64,000 bases of DNA from the NCBI GenBank assembly GCA_963675595.2, contig CAXXLZ010000002.1, forward strand, positions 4,416,001 through 4,480,000, read 5' to 3'. The first letter of the stretch is position 1. The number at the start of each line of letters is the position of its first letter. A program made the position numbers and the translations under genes. The notes beneath the pieces were generated by a model. It made no database searches, was not told the DNA's origin, and was given only the letters and a program-made list of their open reading frames with translations. The DNA comes from Thermodesulfobacteriota bacterium (GTDB taxonomy: Bacteria; Desulfobacterota; Desulfarculia; JACQYL01). Shown piece by piece: positions 30,967-41,677 of the stretch.

Positions 30967-31821
30967 ATGAAGTGTCGTTGCGCGAATCTGGATGCTCCGG
31001 CCAAAATCAACTTGGCTTTGTATATTGTAGGTCGAAGACCGGACGGTTATCATGACTTGGTTACCGTATTTCAGCGTCTGGATCTTCGTGATGAAGTAAG
31101 CGTTGAATGTTTGGAGGGGGGGGATATTCAGGTCCTTTGTCCCGACGGAGGGGCTCCTGAGGGAGAGCGGAATCTCGCCCACAAGGCTGTGACGATTTTT
31201 CGTCAAAAGACGGGGCATTCCACGGGAGTCCGTGTTATCATCAAAAAACGGATCCCCGCGGGAGCGGGGCTGGGGGGAGGGAGCAGCGATGCCGCCTCCA
31301 CGCTTCTGGGGCTCAACCGGGTGTGTAATTTCCCTCTTGAACGAGGAGAACTGGCGTCCATAGGTGCGGGTATCGGGGCGGATGTTCCCTTCTTTATCTG
31401 GGAATTACCCGCCGCATTGGGCAAAGGAATCGGAGATCGAATTGAACGGTTCGATGCGCCTTCGGGCGTATATCTACTCCTGAATCCCAAGTTCACGGTG
31501 TCTACCGGATGGGTTTACAGCCGCCTGAAATTGAAGTTGACAAGAAGTGACGAAAATTCTATACAAAAAACTTTAAACGAAAAATCCTGTGAAATCCCGG
31601 CCCTGCTGCATAACGACCTTGAAATGGTAACCGGCTCCGAGTTTCCTGTTATCGAAGAGATGAAGAGTCGGCTGATGGAACTGGGCAGCGAGGGGGCTAT
31701 GATGTCGGGAAGCGGTCCCACGGTCTTCGGCTATTTTCGGGATCCGGAATGTGCGGCGCATGCTTTTGAGCGTCTGCAAACGGAATCTCGGTGGTCTTGC
31801 TTTCTGACTCATTCATTTTGA
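30967..31821 (+). CDS. ispE: 4-diphosphocytidyl-2-C-methyl-D-erythritol kinase
   Basis: APAKINL, PAGAGLGGGSSDAA, GADVPFF, NDLE and MSGSGPT motifs. Confidence 0.95.
   Translation: MKCRCANLDAPAKINLALYIVGRRPDGYHDLVTVFQRLDLRDEVSVECLEGGDIQVLCPDGGAPEGERNLAHKAVTIFRQKTGHSTGVRVIIKKRIPAGAGLGGGSSDAASTLLGLNRVCNFPLERGELASIGAGIGADVPFFIWELPAALGKGIGDRIERFDAPSGVYLLLNPKFTVSTGWVYSRLKLKLTRSDENSIQKTLNEKSCEIPALLHNDLEMVTGSEFPVIEEMKSRLMELGSEGAMMSGSGPTVFGYFRDPECAAHAFERLQTESRWSCFLTHSF
31537..31565 (+). promoter_or_regulatory. Sigma-70 promoter internal to ispE
   Basis: TTGACA-17 nt-TATACA in an AT-rich patch about 270 nt upstream of tRNA-Gln. Confidence 0.6.
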
Positions 31822-31833
31822 TCGATTAAGTTT

Positions 31834-31908
31834 TGGGGTGTCGTCAAGCGGCAAGACACGGGTCTTTGGAACCCGCATTCGGAGGTTCGAATCCTCCCAC
31901 CCCAGCCA
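31834..31908 (+). tRNA. tRNA-Gln(UUG)
   Basis: Cloverleaf with acceptor TGGGGTG/CACCCCA, anticodon arm CGGGT-CTTTGGA-ACCCG, T arm GGAGG-TTCGAAT-CCTCC and encoded CCA. Classic position between ispE and prs. Confidence 0.97.
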
Positions 31909-31991
31909 AATTTTATTCTGGAGCGGGCTAGGTCGGACGTACTCCTTCGGAGTGAGCCTGACTCACCCGGAAGGAAGGCTGCGATTTCGGT

Positions 31992-32930
31992 ATGAGCGAG
32001 CCTTTGCTTTTCTGCGGCAGCTCCTGTCGTGAATTGTGTGAGGATATCTGCGGCTATCTCAAGCTGGAACCCGGCTCCGCCCTTCTCCGCAGATTCAGCG
32101 ACGGCGAGCTGTTCGTTGAAATTCAGCAAAACGTCCGCGGAACGGACATCTATATCGTCCAGTCCACTTCGACCCCCGTCAATGAAAATCTCATGGAACT
32201 CCTGATCATGATCGATGCTTTCAAACGGGCTTCGTCCGCCAGCATCACCGCGGTAATCCCCTACTATGGATATGCACGGCATGATCAGAAGGTTCTGCCG
32301 CGAGTGCCCATCAGCGCGAAGTTGGTGGCGGATCTGCTTACGGTGGCGGGTGCCGGCAGAGTGGTGGGGTTGGACTTCCACGCGGGTCAGATCCAGGGCT
32401 TCTTCGACATCCCGGTGGATCACCTGTACGCAGCGCCGGTGTTCACCAAGCATGTTCATGAACACTTCGATTCGTCGTGCGTCATTGTGTCCCCGGATGC
32501 CGGAGGGACCGAACGTGCCAGGTATTTTGCGGAACGGGTCGGGATGCAACTCGCCATTACCTACGCTCCCAGGGAGCGAGGGGAGGACAGCGGGGACGTG
32601 GACATCATCGGGGATGTGCACGGCAGGACGGCGATTCTTCTGGACGATATGGTGGATACCGGGGAAACGATTTGCAGGGCCGCCGAAGGCCTGAAGGCTC
32701 ACGGGGCCTCCCGGGTGTTCGCCTACTGTACCCACGCGGTGCTTTCCGGAGATTCCATCGAGCGCATCATGGCGTCTCCTCTCGAGAAACTGGTGGTCAC
32801 CAATTCCATTCCGGCGAGGGCTCGAGTGAAGGAATGCCCCAAGATTGAGGTGTTGTCCATTGCCGGGCTTTTAGGGGAGGCGATCAGCCGTATTCACAAT
32901 GAGGATTCGGTGAGTTCCCTTTTTAGTTAA
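31992..32930 (+). CDS. prs: Ribose-phosphate pyrophosphokinase-like protein, copy 2 (degenerate motifs)
   Basis: FSDGE, SPDAGG and DDMVDTGET are retained, but it has ARHDQK (vs ARQDRK) and AITYAPRE (vs AIIDKRR). Confidence 0.88.
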   Translation: MSEPLLFCGSSCRELCEDICGYLKLEPGSALLRRFSDGELFVEIQQNVRGTDIYIVQSTSTPVNENLMELLIMIDAFKRASSASITAVIPYYGYARHDQKVLPRVPISAKLVADLLTVAGAGRVVGLDFHAGQIQGFFDIPVDHLYAAPVFTKHVHEHFDSSCVIVSPDAGGTERARYFAERVGMQLAITYAPRERGEDSGDVDIIGDVHGRTAILLDDMVDTGETICRAAEGLKAHGASRVFAYCTHAVLSGDSIERIMASPLEKLVVTNSIPARARVKECPKIEVLSIAGLLGEAISRIHNEDSVSSLFS

Positions 32931-33135
32931 AGGGCTTGTGAAAAATGTCATAAATTCCGGGACATCCGCAACGGCCTCTACCGATCTCCATCGGGAAGGA
33001 GTCGACCTGCGTCGGCTGCGCTCGAATCAAGGCCGGAGAGGAAGTGCGAATGAATGGAATGCCCGGTTGCCAAACAACAAAAGCGCATGAAAGACGGACG
33101 AGTCACAGCGGTCGGCCGTCGGAGGAAACCATTTT

Positions 33136-33777
33136 ATGAGAAGAATCGACATCGAAGCCAACGTTCGAACGGAAACGGGGAGAGGGCCTTCCCGAAGGTA
33201 TAGAGCGCAGGGAGAAATCCCCGCCATTCTATATGGTCCCAAGACGGAGCCCATCAGCCTGACCGTTCCTGAGAAGGGCATGACTCGGATTCTGTCCAGC
33301 GCGTCCAGCCAAACCGCTCTTTTCAACCTGACCATTTCGGGCGGAGAAGGCTCGGCGTTGAAAAAGACGACCATGGTCAAGGAGGTGCAGTGGCATCCCA
33401 TCGGCAGCAGGCTTCTGCACGTGGACTTCTTTGAGGTGCAGCTGGACAAAATGATTACCGTGGATGTTCCCGTGCGCCTCGAAGGCTCTCCCAAGGGCGT
33501 GCAGTTGGGCGGCGTCCTGGAGCAGATCCGTCACGAAATCACCATCTCCTGCCTTCCCACGAACATTCCCGAGGCGATCATCGTGGACACGTCCGATCTG
33601 GATATCGGTGAAGCGGTTCACGTTGCGGACATCGACCTGGGCGAAGGGCGGGAGGCCGTAGCCGAAACGAATTTCACCATCGCAACGGTGGTTACCACAC
33701 GCGCTGCGGTGGAAGCAGAGGAAGAAGCCGAGGCTGAAGAAGAAACCGAAGCATCGCAGGAGGGAGGTGAAAGCTGA
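33136..33777 (+). CDS. rplY: 50S ribosomal protein bL25/general stress protein Ctc
   Basis: IPAILYG, KEVQWHP...LLHVDF and GVQLGGVL motifs; acidic tail. Confidence 0.95.
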   Translation: MRRIDIEANVRTETGRGPSRRYRAQGEIPAILYGPKTEPISLTVPEKGMTRILSSASSQTALFNLTISGGEGSALKKTTMVKEVQWHPIGSRLLHVDFFEVQLDKMITVDVPVRLEGSPKGVQLGGVLEQIRHEITISCLPTNIPEAIIVDTSDLDIGEAVHVADIDLGEGREAVAETNFTIATVVTTRAAVEAEEEAEAEEETEASQEGGES

Positions 33778-33807
33778 GAGAGGAGGACATCGGGATGAGG
33801 AGGCGTT

Positions 33808-34386
33808 GTGCACCTGATCGTGGGATTGGGTAATCCCGGGAAAAAGTATTCCGGGTCCCGGCACAATCTGGGCTTCTTGGTCGTGGATCGTCTGGCGGAG
33901 AAACGGTCCATTCGAGTCCAATCCGCAAAGTTTTCGAGTCTTTACGGAAGAGGAAGCATTGAAGGATGTTCCGTCGTACTGGTCAAACCGCAGACGTTCA
34001 TGAACTTGAGTGGGGAGTCGGTGACGAAATGGGTTCACTATTTCGATCTCGCTCTGCATGAAGTGTTGATCGTGCATGATGACCTCGATCTGGAAACCGG
34101 AAGAATCAAGCTCGTGCGCAGCGGGGGCCCTGGAGGACACAAGGGAATGGACTCCATCATCCGGATGTTGGGAAGCAGAGAACTCCCTCGGTTGAAGCTG
34201 GGCATAGGGAGGCCGCGGTTCCATGAACCGGTGGAAGAATATGTACTGCGAGGTTTTTACGGCGACGAAGAGTCGGCCGTTGAAGAAAGTCTGAGAAATG
34301 CCGTCCCGGCCGTGGAAAGTTGGGTGATTCATGGTCCGGACAGAACGATGAACCAGGTGAATCAACATCAATTAACAAGGAGGTAG
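33808..34386 (+). CDS. pth: Peptidyl-tRNA hydrolase
   Basis: [31 protein letters not shown] and GGHKG motifs. Confidence 0.95.
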   Translation: MHLIVGLGNPGKKYSGSRHNLGFLVVDRLAEKRSIRVQSAKFSSLYGRGSIEGCSVVLVKPQTFMNLSGESVTKWVHYFDLALHEVLIVHDDLDLETGRIKLVRSGGPGGHKGMDSIIRMLGSRELPRLKLGIGRPRFHEPVEEYVLRGFYGDEESAVEESLRNAVPAVESWVIHGPDRTMNQVNQHQLTRR

Positions 34387-34394
34387 AAAAGAAA

Positions 34395-36398
34395 ATGCTG
34401 GAATGGACGGTGTATGCACCCTTATTGGGTGGAGTAGGCATCATCGTAGCGTTCATGATTTACAGCTACGTGAAAAGCCAGCCCAACGGCAACGAGACCA
34501 TGCAGGAACTGGAAAGCATGATCCGCAAGGGAGCCATGGTCTTTCTGAAACGTGAATATTCGATCCTTTTCTTCTTCGCGGCGGCGGTGTTCGTTCTGCT
34601 TGGCGTGGGGCTGGGTTGGAATACCTCCATCGCCTATGCTTCCGGAGCGCTGTGTTCCATGTTCGCAGGCTTCTTCGGCATGACCGCGGCTACCAAGGGG
34701 AACTCGAGAACTGCGGAAGCCGCCAACAAACACGGCCGTGCCAAAGCGTTGAACATTTCCTACCTGAGCGGCTCGGTCATGGGACTTTCCGTGGCCTCCC
34801 TGGGTCTCCTGGGTGTGGGTGTGTTCTTCTATCTGTATGGTAAGGACCCGGCCACGGCCAGCACCATCAACGGCTTCGCCATGGGCGCCAGCTCCATCGC
34901 TCTGTTCGCACGTATGGGCGGCGGTATCTACACCAAGGCCGCCGACGTGGGTTCCGACTTGGTGGGTAAGGTGGAAGCGGGCATTCCCGAAGACGATCCG
35001 AGAAACCCGGGCGTTATCGCCGACAACGTGGGCGACAACGTGGGCGACATCGCCGGCATGGGTGCTGACATTTTCGAATCCTACGTGGGTTCGATCATCG
35101 CCACCATCGCCATCGGCGCCACCATGACCCTCACCAAGGAAGAAGAAGTCCTTAGATCCGCCTATATGGCCATTCCTCTGCTGGTGGTCATGGGCGGTCT
35201 CATAGCTTCCTTCCTGGGCGTGGCCTCCATCAAAGTGCTCAAGAACGCTGCTCCGGCGGCGGCCCTGCGCTACTCGACGTTCGTGGCGGCGGCCGGTTTG
35301 ATCGCGGCGACTTATTACGCGGTGAAGGGCCTGGGATTGCCCGTCGGCGTGTTCTGGGCGGTGATTTCCGGTCTGGTCGCCGGCATCATCATCGGCCTCT
35401 TGGCTGAGTACTACACATCCGGCGCTCCCGTTCGCAAGATCGCGGCTCAAACCCAAACCGGTCCGGCCACGGTGATCATCACCGGTATCGCCGTCGGTTT
35501 TGAAAGCTGCGCTCTGCCCCTGCTGGGAATCTGCGCCGCCACCTTCGTGGCCTATTACACGGCCGGGATGTTCGGGATCGGCATCAGCGCGGTGGGTATG
35601 CTGAGCACCGTCGGCGCCACCATGACCGTGGACGCTTACGGACCCATCGCGGACAACGCGGGGGGCATTTCGGAAATGGCGGGACTTGGGCCTGAGACCC
35701 GCGCCATCACGGACGAACTGGACGCTCTGGGCAACACCACCGCCGCCATCGGCAAAGGCTTTGCCATCGGTTCCGCGGCTCTCACCGCCCTGGCTCTGTT
35801 CGTGGCCTACAGCCAGGCAGCCGGTCTGAGCAATATCGACATCACCAATCCCTATGTGGTCATCGGCATCTTCATCGGCGGTATCGTTCCTTACCTGGTC
35901 GCCGCCATGACCATGACCGCCGTGGGCAAAGCGGCGAACGAAATGGTCGAAGAGATTCGCCGCCAGTTCCGCGAAATCCCCGGCCTCATGGAAGGCACCG
36001 GCAAGCCCGATCCGGCCCGTTGCGTGGACATCTGCACCCGGAGCGCGCTTAGGATGATGATCGCTCCCGGCTTGGTGGGTGTGTTGACCCCCGTGGCCGT
36101 GGGCTTCTTGATCGGACCCAACGCGCTGGGCGGCATGCTGGTCGGCGCAACGGTCACCGGCGTTCTGCTGGCACTGTTCATGGCCAATGCCGGTGGTGCG
36201 TGGGATAACGCCAAAAAGTACATCGAACAGGGACATCACGGCGGGAAGGGCTCCGACAACCACAAAGCCGCCGTGGTCGGCGATACCGTGGGCGACCCCT
36301 TCAAGGATACTTCCGGACCGACCATGAACATCCTCATCAAGTTGGTTTCGGTGGTGAGCTTGGTGATCGCTCCCCTTCTGCTCGTCTACTGGAAATAA
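34395..36398 (+). CDS. hppA: Membrane-integral pyrophosphatase, K+-dependent, probably Na+-translocating
   Basis: [46 protein letters not shown] (Ala marks the K+-dependent type) and [25 protein letters not shown]. Confidence 0.95.
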   Translation: MLEWTVYAPLLGGVGIIVAFMIYSYVKSQPNGNETMQELESMIRKGAMVFLKREYSILFFFAAAVFVLLGVGLGWNTSIAYASGALCSMFAGFFGMTAATKGNSRTAEAANKHGRAKALNISYLSGSVMGLSVASLGLLGVGVFFYLYGKDPATASTINGFAMGASSIALFARMGGGIYTKAADVGSDLVGKVEAGIPEDDPRNPGVIADNVGDNVGDIAGMGADIFESYVGSIIATIAIGATMTLTKEEEVLRSAYMAIPLLVVMGGLIASFLGVASIKVLKNAAPAAALRYSTFVAAAGLIAATYYAVKGLGLPVGVFWAVISGLVAGIIIGLLAEYYTSGAPVRKIAAQTQTGPATVIITGIAVGFESCALPLLGICAATFVAYYTAGMFGIGISAVGMLSTVGATMTVDAYGPIADNAGGISEMAGLGPETRAITDELDALGNTTAAIGKGFAIGSAALTALALFVAYSQAAGLSNIDITNPYVVIGIFIGGIVPYLVAAMTMTAVGKAANEMVEEIRRQFREIPGLMEGTGKPDPARCVDICTRSALRMMIAPGLVGVLTPVAVGFLIGPNALGGMLVGATVTGVLLALFMANAGGAWDNAKKYIEQGHHGGKGSDNHKAAVVGDTVGDPFKDTSGPTMNILIKLVSVVSLVIAPLLLVYWK

Positions 36399-36427
36399 AC
36401 TTCTCCCCGAGTTTTTGACTCGGCAGC

Positions 36428-36463
36428 ATAAGGCCGGTCCCGTCAGAGGGGCCGGCCTTATTT
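36428..36463 (+). terminator. Intrinsic terminator after hppA
   Basis: ATAAGGCCGGTCCC-loop-GGGGCCGGCCTTATTT hairpin. Confidence 0.75.
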
Positions 36464-36977
36464 GCGGTCAAGGTGAGCTTGTCTCGGGGTGGAATAGGGC
36501 ATCCCGAGACGGGACTTCGCATCTTCATGCGTAGAGAGAATTCGATATCGAACGATCCTGGAAGGAAAGGGCGGGCAAAGAGGGGCAACCGCCTGAGATG
36601 CCGATGATAAGCCCCGCCCTGAGCGCGAGAATAAGCCTTGTTATTTTTTTGTGAAGATGCTAATTTCTTTTTTCGGAGTTGTGGATGTCCAGTGCTCTGC
36701 GGAGGATTTCTACCGCGCGTTCGCGGCGTGGAGGAAGCGCCGACTCGGCCGGCGGAGCGGAGCCTGCCGAAACTTCCCGAAGAACGTGCCTCTTATTGTT
36801 CCTTCGGGCGTGCGGTCCCGCTGGGTTCAACTTGGGCGGCACCGAGCCCCACATCCGCCGAAATCGGACCTAAGCAAAAAACGAGATAATCCCGAACATC
36901 AGGCTCACGGGTCGTTCGCTGCCCGTAATCTTTCCGAGCGCAGACTCGGAACGGAAGCGCCGGATTCGGAGAGGTGA

Positions 36978-37466
36978 GTGAACATGTTCAGCGCCGGTGA
37001 TATGGCCGTCTATCCCGCCCACGGGGTAGGAGTGATCGAGGCCATTGAAACCAGGGAAATCATGGGTGAAGCGCAGGACTACTATATCATGCGAATCCTG
37101 GACACAGGCATGATCATCATGATTCCCACAAAGAACGAAAACAGCGTAGGGCTCCGGCAGCTGATCTCGAAGAACGACATCGACAAGATCTATGATCTTC
37201 TAGGACAACGAAACATAGAGATCGACAATCAGACATGGAATAGGCGTTATCGAGAATACATGGAGAAGATCAAAACTGGGTCGCTTTTCGAGGTGGCGGA
37301 GGTCCTGCGAGACTTGAGCATTTTGAAGTCCGACAAGGAACTCTCCTTCGGTGAACGAAAAATGCTGGACACGGCCAGAAATCTGCTAGTAAAAGAGATT
37401 TCGTTGGCGACGGGTATGGAGGAAAGACTCATCGAGCAAAACATCAACCGCCTCTTCGAAGCCTAG
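36978..37466 (+). CDS. carD: CarD/CdnL family transcriptional regulator
   Basis: VYPAHGVG, TWNRRYRE (conserved Trp) and LSFGERKML motifs. Confidence 0.92.
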   Translation: MNMFSAGDMAVYPAHGVGVIEAIETREIMGEAQDYYIMRILDTGMIIMIPTKNENSVGLRQLISKNDIDKIYDLLGQRNIEIDNQTWNRRYREYMEKIKTGSLFEVAEVLRDLSILKSDKELSFGERKMLDTARNLLVKEISLATGMEERLIEQNINRLFEA

Positions 37467-37523
37467 ATTCGGAACAGATTCAAGCCCTTGGCTTAAGTCC
37501 GAATATCCCAGCCCGACGTTTCC

Positions 37524-38483
37524 TTGGACGGCAAAATACATTCTTTCGAAGTAGAGCGCGGGGACGGGAGCGACCGTATTGACGCGCTGGTTTCCAAAAG
37601 GCTCCCTTTTTTGTCCAGGTCGCGCGTACAGTCTTTGGTGCGCGACGGACGGGTACACGTCAACGAAAAGACGGTCAAGAACAGCTATAGACCAAAGTCC
37701 GGCGATCGAATTCAGGTTTGGGTACCCGACGCCGTCCCCCTGGAAATACTGCCTGTAGACCTCCCCTTGGACGTTCTTTACGAGGACGAGAACTGCTTGG
37801 TGATCAACAAGCCTCCCGGGCTCGTGGTTCATCCCGCTCCGGGGCATCGGAACGACACATTGGTCAACGCGCTGCTGCACCACGTATCGGGGTTGTCGGG
37901 GATTGGGGGAGTCCTGCGACCGGGCATCGTGCACAGACTGGATAAGGATACCTCGGGTGCGCTGTTGGTCGCAAAGAACGATACATCTCATCTCGCATTG
38001 TCGATGTTGTTCCGTGAAGGTCGAATGCGGAAGACCTACTTGGCTCTGGTTGGAGGGCGCCTCCCCTCGATGGAAGGCGTTGTGGACTTGCCGGTGGGTA
38101 GACACCCTACTCAGAGAAAAAAGATGAGCGTCGTGAGCAAGAGGGGTCGCAGGGCCCTCACATCCTACAGGGTCGATCGGTATTATGAAAGAACCGATGT
38201 ATCCCTTCTGGAAGTGCGCATCCATACCGGCCGGACCCACCAGATCCGTGTTCACATGGCCCAATTGGGCACTCCGGTGTTGGGCGACGCTCTTTACGGG
38301 GGAGGACGTCGAACCGAGAAACTCCTTGTGCGGAGCGGCATTGAAGTAGAAAGGCAGCTGTTGCATGCCTCCAGACTCGAATGGACCGACCCGATCAAAG
38401 GAGTGGACCGATGCGTTGAAGCTCCTTTGCCCGAGGATATGGCGTCCATTCTGGAGGACCTCGACGGGTTCGAGGAGAGTTGA
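37524..38483 (+). CDS. rluD: RluA-family pseudouridine synthase (RluD-like, with S4 domain)
   Basis: INKPPGLVVHP, RPGIVHRLDKDTSG, TGRTHQIRVH and LHA motifs. Confidence 0.9.
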   Translation: MDGKIHSFEVERGDGSDRIDALVSKRLPFLSRSRVQSLVRDGRVHVNEKTVKNSYRPKSGDRIQVWVPDAVPLEILPVDLPLDVLYEDENCLVINKPPGLVVHPAPGHRNDTLVNALLHHVSGLSGIGGVLRPGIVHRLDKDTSGALLVAKNDTSHLALSMLFREGRMRKTYLALVGGRLPSMEGVVDLPVGRHPTQRKKMSVVSKRGRRALTSYRVDRYYERTDVSLLEVRIHTGRTHQIRVHMAQLGTPVLGDALYGGGRRTEKLLVRSGIEVERQLLHASRLEWTDPIKGVDRCVEAPLPEDMASILEDLDGFEES

Positions 38484-38788
38484 GTCTTCGACTTCGTCGG
38501 ATTGCGTGGAAAGCCTCGAGCAGGGGGGAGAGGAAAATATCCGAATCGGGGAGTACGTGTGCGATGGAACGCGATGAACCGATTCGGGCTGCATGGGGGG
38601 ACTCCGGAGGGCGGGAACCGCCAAAGGGATTTTCTTCGGTGAGACTTTCGATAACTCTTTGAACGGTGATTCGGGAGTGTCGTTGGTCGAGCTCAAGGTG
38701 GGCGGGGGCAGTCACAGAAACGACGTATGGGTATTACGGACTGAGAATAGAGGAAACCATTTATTTACATAAATCGGACCGAATACGC

Positions 38789-38817
38789 TTGACATCTCCA
38801 TACCGGCGACTCAGAAT
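38789..38817 (+). promoter_or_regulatory. Sigma-70 promoter for rho
   Basis: TTGACA-17 nt-CAGAAT, about 185 nt before the start codon. Confidence 0.6.
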
Positions 38818-39001
38818 ATGTTCGAAGTACCCACCATTCTAACCAGAGTAAGTGACTATCGAACATTCCTGAACCCATAGAACTCTTTTTTTCGTCCCCA
38901 TTGATAGACTTTCGAACGTAGGGACCTTTCACAAGATCGCGCTGACAACAGAAGTCTGTCCGTTGGCACAACCTGCTATAAGTTTGCTTATAGGAGTTGG
39001 A

Positions 39002-40255
39002 ATGAACCTCGTAGAACTAAAAGGGAAGAGTATCAGCGAACTGACGGCTCTGGCCAGACAGTACGGTCTCGAAGGGGCCAGCGGCATGCGAAAGCAGGAG
39101 CTCATCTTCGCGATTCTCCAGGCTCAAACCGAGAAGAACGGGATGATCTATGGAGAAGGGGTCTTGGAGACCCTTCCGGACGGCTTCGGTTTCCTGCGGG
39201 CGCCCGATTACAACTATATCCCCGGACCGGACGACATCTATGTGTCGCCGTCTCAAATCCGTCGTTTCAATCTTCGGACGGGAGATACGGTTTCCGGCCA
39301 GATTCGTCCGCCCAAGGACAATGAGCGGTATTTCGCTCTCCTCAAAGTGGAGCATGTGAATTATGAGGAGCCCGAGGTCGCTCGCGACAAGATCCTGTTC
39401 GATAACCTGATTCCGCTTTATCCGGAAGAGAAGCTGAAACTCGAGCTGGAAGCCGAGCCGAAGAACTACTCCTTGCGGATCATGGATTTGCTGACCCCCA
39501 TAGGCAAGGGGCAGCGGGGCTTGATCGTGGCTCCCCCCAGAACGGGCAAGACCATGCTGCTCCAGGCGATCGCCAATGCCATTGCGGGGAACCATCCCGA
39601 AGTGATCCTCATTGTTCTCCTCATCGACGAGAGGCCGGAAGAAGTAACGGACATGCAACGTTCCGTGAAGGCTGAAGTCGTCAGCTCCACCTTCGACGAG
39701 CCCGCCCAGAGACACGTACAAGTGGCCGAAATGGTCATCGAAAAAGCGAAACGTTTGGTGGAGCACCGTCGGGACGTGGTCATCCTTTTGGACAGCATCA
39801 CCCGGCTGGCGAGAGCCTACAACACCGTGGTGCCTCCGAGTGGAAAGATTCTATCCGGCGGCGTGGACTCCAACGCCCTGCATCGACCCAAACGGTTCTT
39901 CGGTGCCGCCCGAAACATCGAGGAGGGCGGCAGTCTTACGATTATCGCCACCGCGCTGATCGATACCGGGAGCCGAATGGACGAAGTGATTTTCGAGGAG
40001 TTCAAAGGTACGGGCAACATGGAGATCCATCTGGATCGCAAATTGGCCGACAAGCGTATCTTCCCCGCCATCGACATCAACCGTTCGGGCACGCGCAAGG
40101 AAGAACTGCTGCTGACGCCGGAAGTGTTGAATCGCGTCTGGATACTAAGAAAGCTCCTCTCTCCTCTCACCTCGGTGGACAGCATGGAGTTCCTGCTCGA
40201 GAAGATGGAAGGCACCAAGAGCAACCAAGAATTCCTGGATTCCATGAGTCGCTGA
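39002..40255 (+). CDS. rho: Transcription termination factor Rho
   Basis: [46 protein letters not shown] and FKGTGNME motifs. AGGAG RBS precedes ATG 39002. Confidence 0.98.
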   Translation: MNLVELKGKSISELTALARQYGLEGASGMRKQELIFAILQAQTEKNGMIYGEGVLETLPDGFGFLRAPDYNYIPGPDDIYVSPSQIRRFNLRTGDTVSGQIRPPKDNERYFALLKVEHVNYEEPEVARDKILFDNLIPLYPEEKLKLELEAEPKNYSLRIMDLLTPIGKGQRGLIVAPPRTGKTMLLQAIANAIAGNHPEVILIVLLIDERPEEVTDMQRSVKAEVVSSTFDEPAQRHVQVAEMVIEKAKRLVEHRRDVVILLDSITRLARAYNTVVPPSGKILSGGVDSNALHRPKRFFGAARNIEEGGSLTIIATALIDTGSRMDEVIFEEFKGTGNMEIHLDRKLADKRIFPAIDINRSGTRKEELLLTPEVLNRVWILRKLLSPLTSVDSMEFLLEKMEGTKSNQEFLDSMSR

Positions 40256-40470
40256 GTGAGGAACACTTCTTCGACCTCTCTCCGCTCCGAAGTATGCGAA
40301 GCGTTTTGAGGCGTGCCGGCGGCTGTGGATACGGGGGCGTTCGTGTCCCGTCACGAAGGTGTGCATCTTCTCTTGATATCCTGCCGGAAATGGTTAAAAT
40401 AAGTGTTTCATTTGTAAGCATGGGCGTTGTGCGCCCAAAGACGCTTTTTGATTTCCAAGGAGCATGGTTC

Positions 40471-40683
40471 ATGAAAAAAGACATCCATCCCGAATACAAG
40501 AAGACCATCGTCCGCTGCGCCTGCGGCAACGAAATGGAAATCGGATCCACCAAGTCGGACATCCGTGTGGAAATTTGTTCCAAGTGCCATCCCTTTTTCA
40601 CGGGCAAGCAGAAGCTCGTGGACTCCGAAGGCCGTGTTGAGCGTTTCCTGAGGAAATACAAAGGCTATCAAGCCCAGTCCTGA
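40471..40683 (+). CDS. rpmE: 50S ribosomal protein bL31 (Zn-binding type)
   Basis: MKKDIHPEY...CACG...[13 protein letters not shown]; AAGGAG RBS. Confidence 0.97.
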   Translation: MKKDIHPEYKKTIVRCACGNEMEIGSTKSDIRVEICSKCHPFFTGKQKLVDSEGRVERFLRKYKGYQAQS

Positions 40684-40699
40684 ATCTGCGCGGAGCGTT

Positions 40700-41653
40700 A
40701 TGAGAAAGCTTAGCGTCGGAGGACAAGCGGTCATCGAAGGCGTCATGATGCGGGCTCCCTCCTCTCTTGCCGTTGTGGTTCGCCGGTCCAATGGTGAAAT
40801 CACTAGTCGGGAGGACGCGTGGAGGTCTGTCGGGGCGAGATATCCCGTCTTGAGTTGGCCGCTTGTGCGAGGGACGGTTGTGCTCATAGAATCCCTCGTG
40901 CATGGTTTGCAGGCGCTTAATTTTTCCGCCGGAGTGGCCATAGAGGATGAACTCCCTTCGGGGAAAGAGTCAAGTAAATGGGCTTTGGCCGCAGTGCTGA
41001 TTTTCGCGTTGAGTGCGGGGCTGGGGCTCTTTGTAGCATTACCGCACCTTCTGGCATATTGGGGGGGCAGGTTGCCCCTTCTGCAATATGATGTTGATTC
41101 CATGGCCTTCCATCTGGTGGACGGCGGAATTAAGCTGTTCTTTTTTCTCGCATATGTGAAGGCTATTTCTCTTTTTCCCGATATCCAAAGGGTTTTCCAG
41201 TATCACGGAGCAGAGCACAAAGCGATCTTCACCTATGAAAGCGGTGAAGAGCTGATTGTTGAGAATGCCAGGAAATATCCCACGCTGCACCCGCGCTGCG
41301 GCACGTCGTTTATTCTTCTGGTATTGTTCATCAGCATCATCATGTTTTCCGTGGTTTTTCCGCTCCTCGACCTGCCCCGCGGGCGCTCCGGGTTTACGGA
41401 AAATCTGGGTTTTATCGGACTGAAAATGCTGCTGATGTTTCCTGTAGCGGGTCTGGCGTATGAGGCCATCCGCTGGGGAGCGAAGCACATGAATTTAGTG
41501 CCGGTCAAGATGGTTATGGCCCCCGGGCTTTGGCTGCAGCGTATGACCACGCTGCCTCCTGCGGACGAACAGCTCGAGGTGGCGTTACTCGCCTTGGCAC
41601 GGGTTATTTCCCTTGAGAAGAAGCGCGGAGTCTCTTCCGCCGCCATTGTGTAA
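40700..41653 (+). CDS. DUF1385 membrane protein
   Basis: GGQAVIEGVMM, VFQYHGAEHK and HPRCGTSF motifs; usual position between rpmE and prfA. Confidence 0.9.
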   Translation: MRKLSVGGQAVIEGVMMRAPSSLAVVVRRSNGEITSREDAWRSVGARYPVLSWPLVRGTVVLIESLVHGLQALNFSAGVAIEDELPSGKESSKWALAAVLIFALSAGLGLFVALPHLLAYWGGRLPLLQYDVDSMAFHLVDGGIKLFFFLAYVKAISLFPDIQRVFQYHGAEHKAIFTYESGEELIVENARKYPTLHPRCGTSFILLVLFISIIMFSVVFPLLDLPRGRSGFTENLGFIGLKMLLMFPVAGLAYEAIRWGAKHMNLVPVKMVMAPGLWLQRMTTLPPADEQLEVALLALARVISLEKKRGVSSAAIV

Positions 41654-41677
41654 GCGCGGCATGAGCCGTCGATATCC

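Noticed and set aside
31834-31908. tRNA-Gln as an integration site
   Set aside because: No integrase and no duplicated tRNA 3' end seen; the conserved gene order is intact.
31960-31985. SRP-RNA-like CCGGAAGGAAG after tRNA-Gln
   Set aside because: Lacks the CAGG...AGCAG internal loop and the long closing stem; more likely part of the prs leader.
34422-36263. Long antisense ORFs (613 aa opposite hppA, 559 aa opposite tldD, 436 aa opposite rluD, 417 aa opposite gatB and others)
   Set aside because: They are shadows of GC-rich, codon-biased genes on the other strand and have no motifs of their own.
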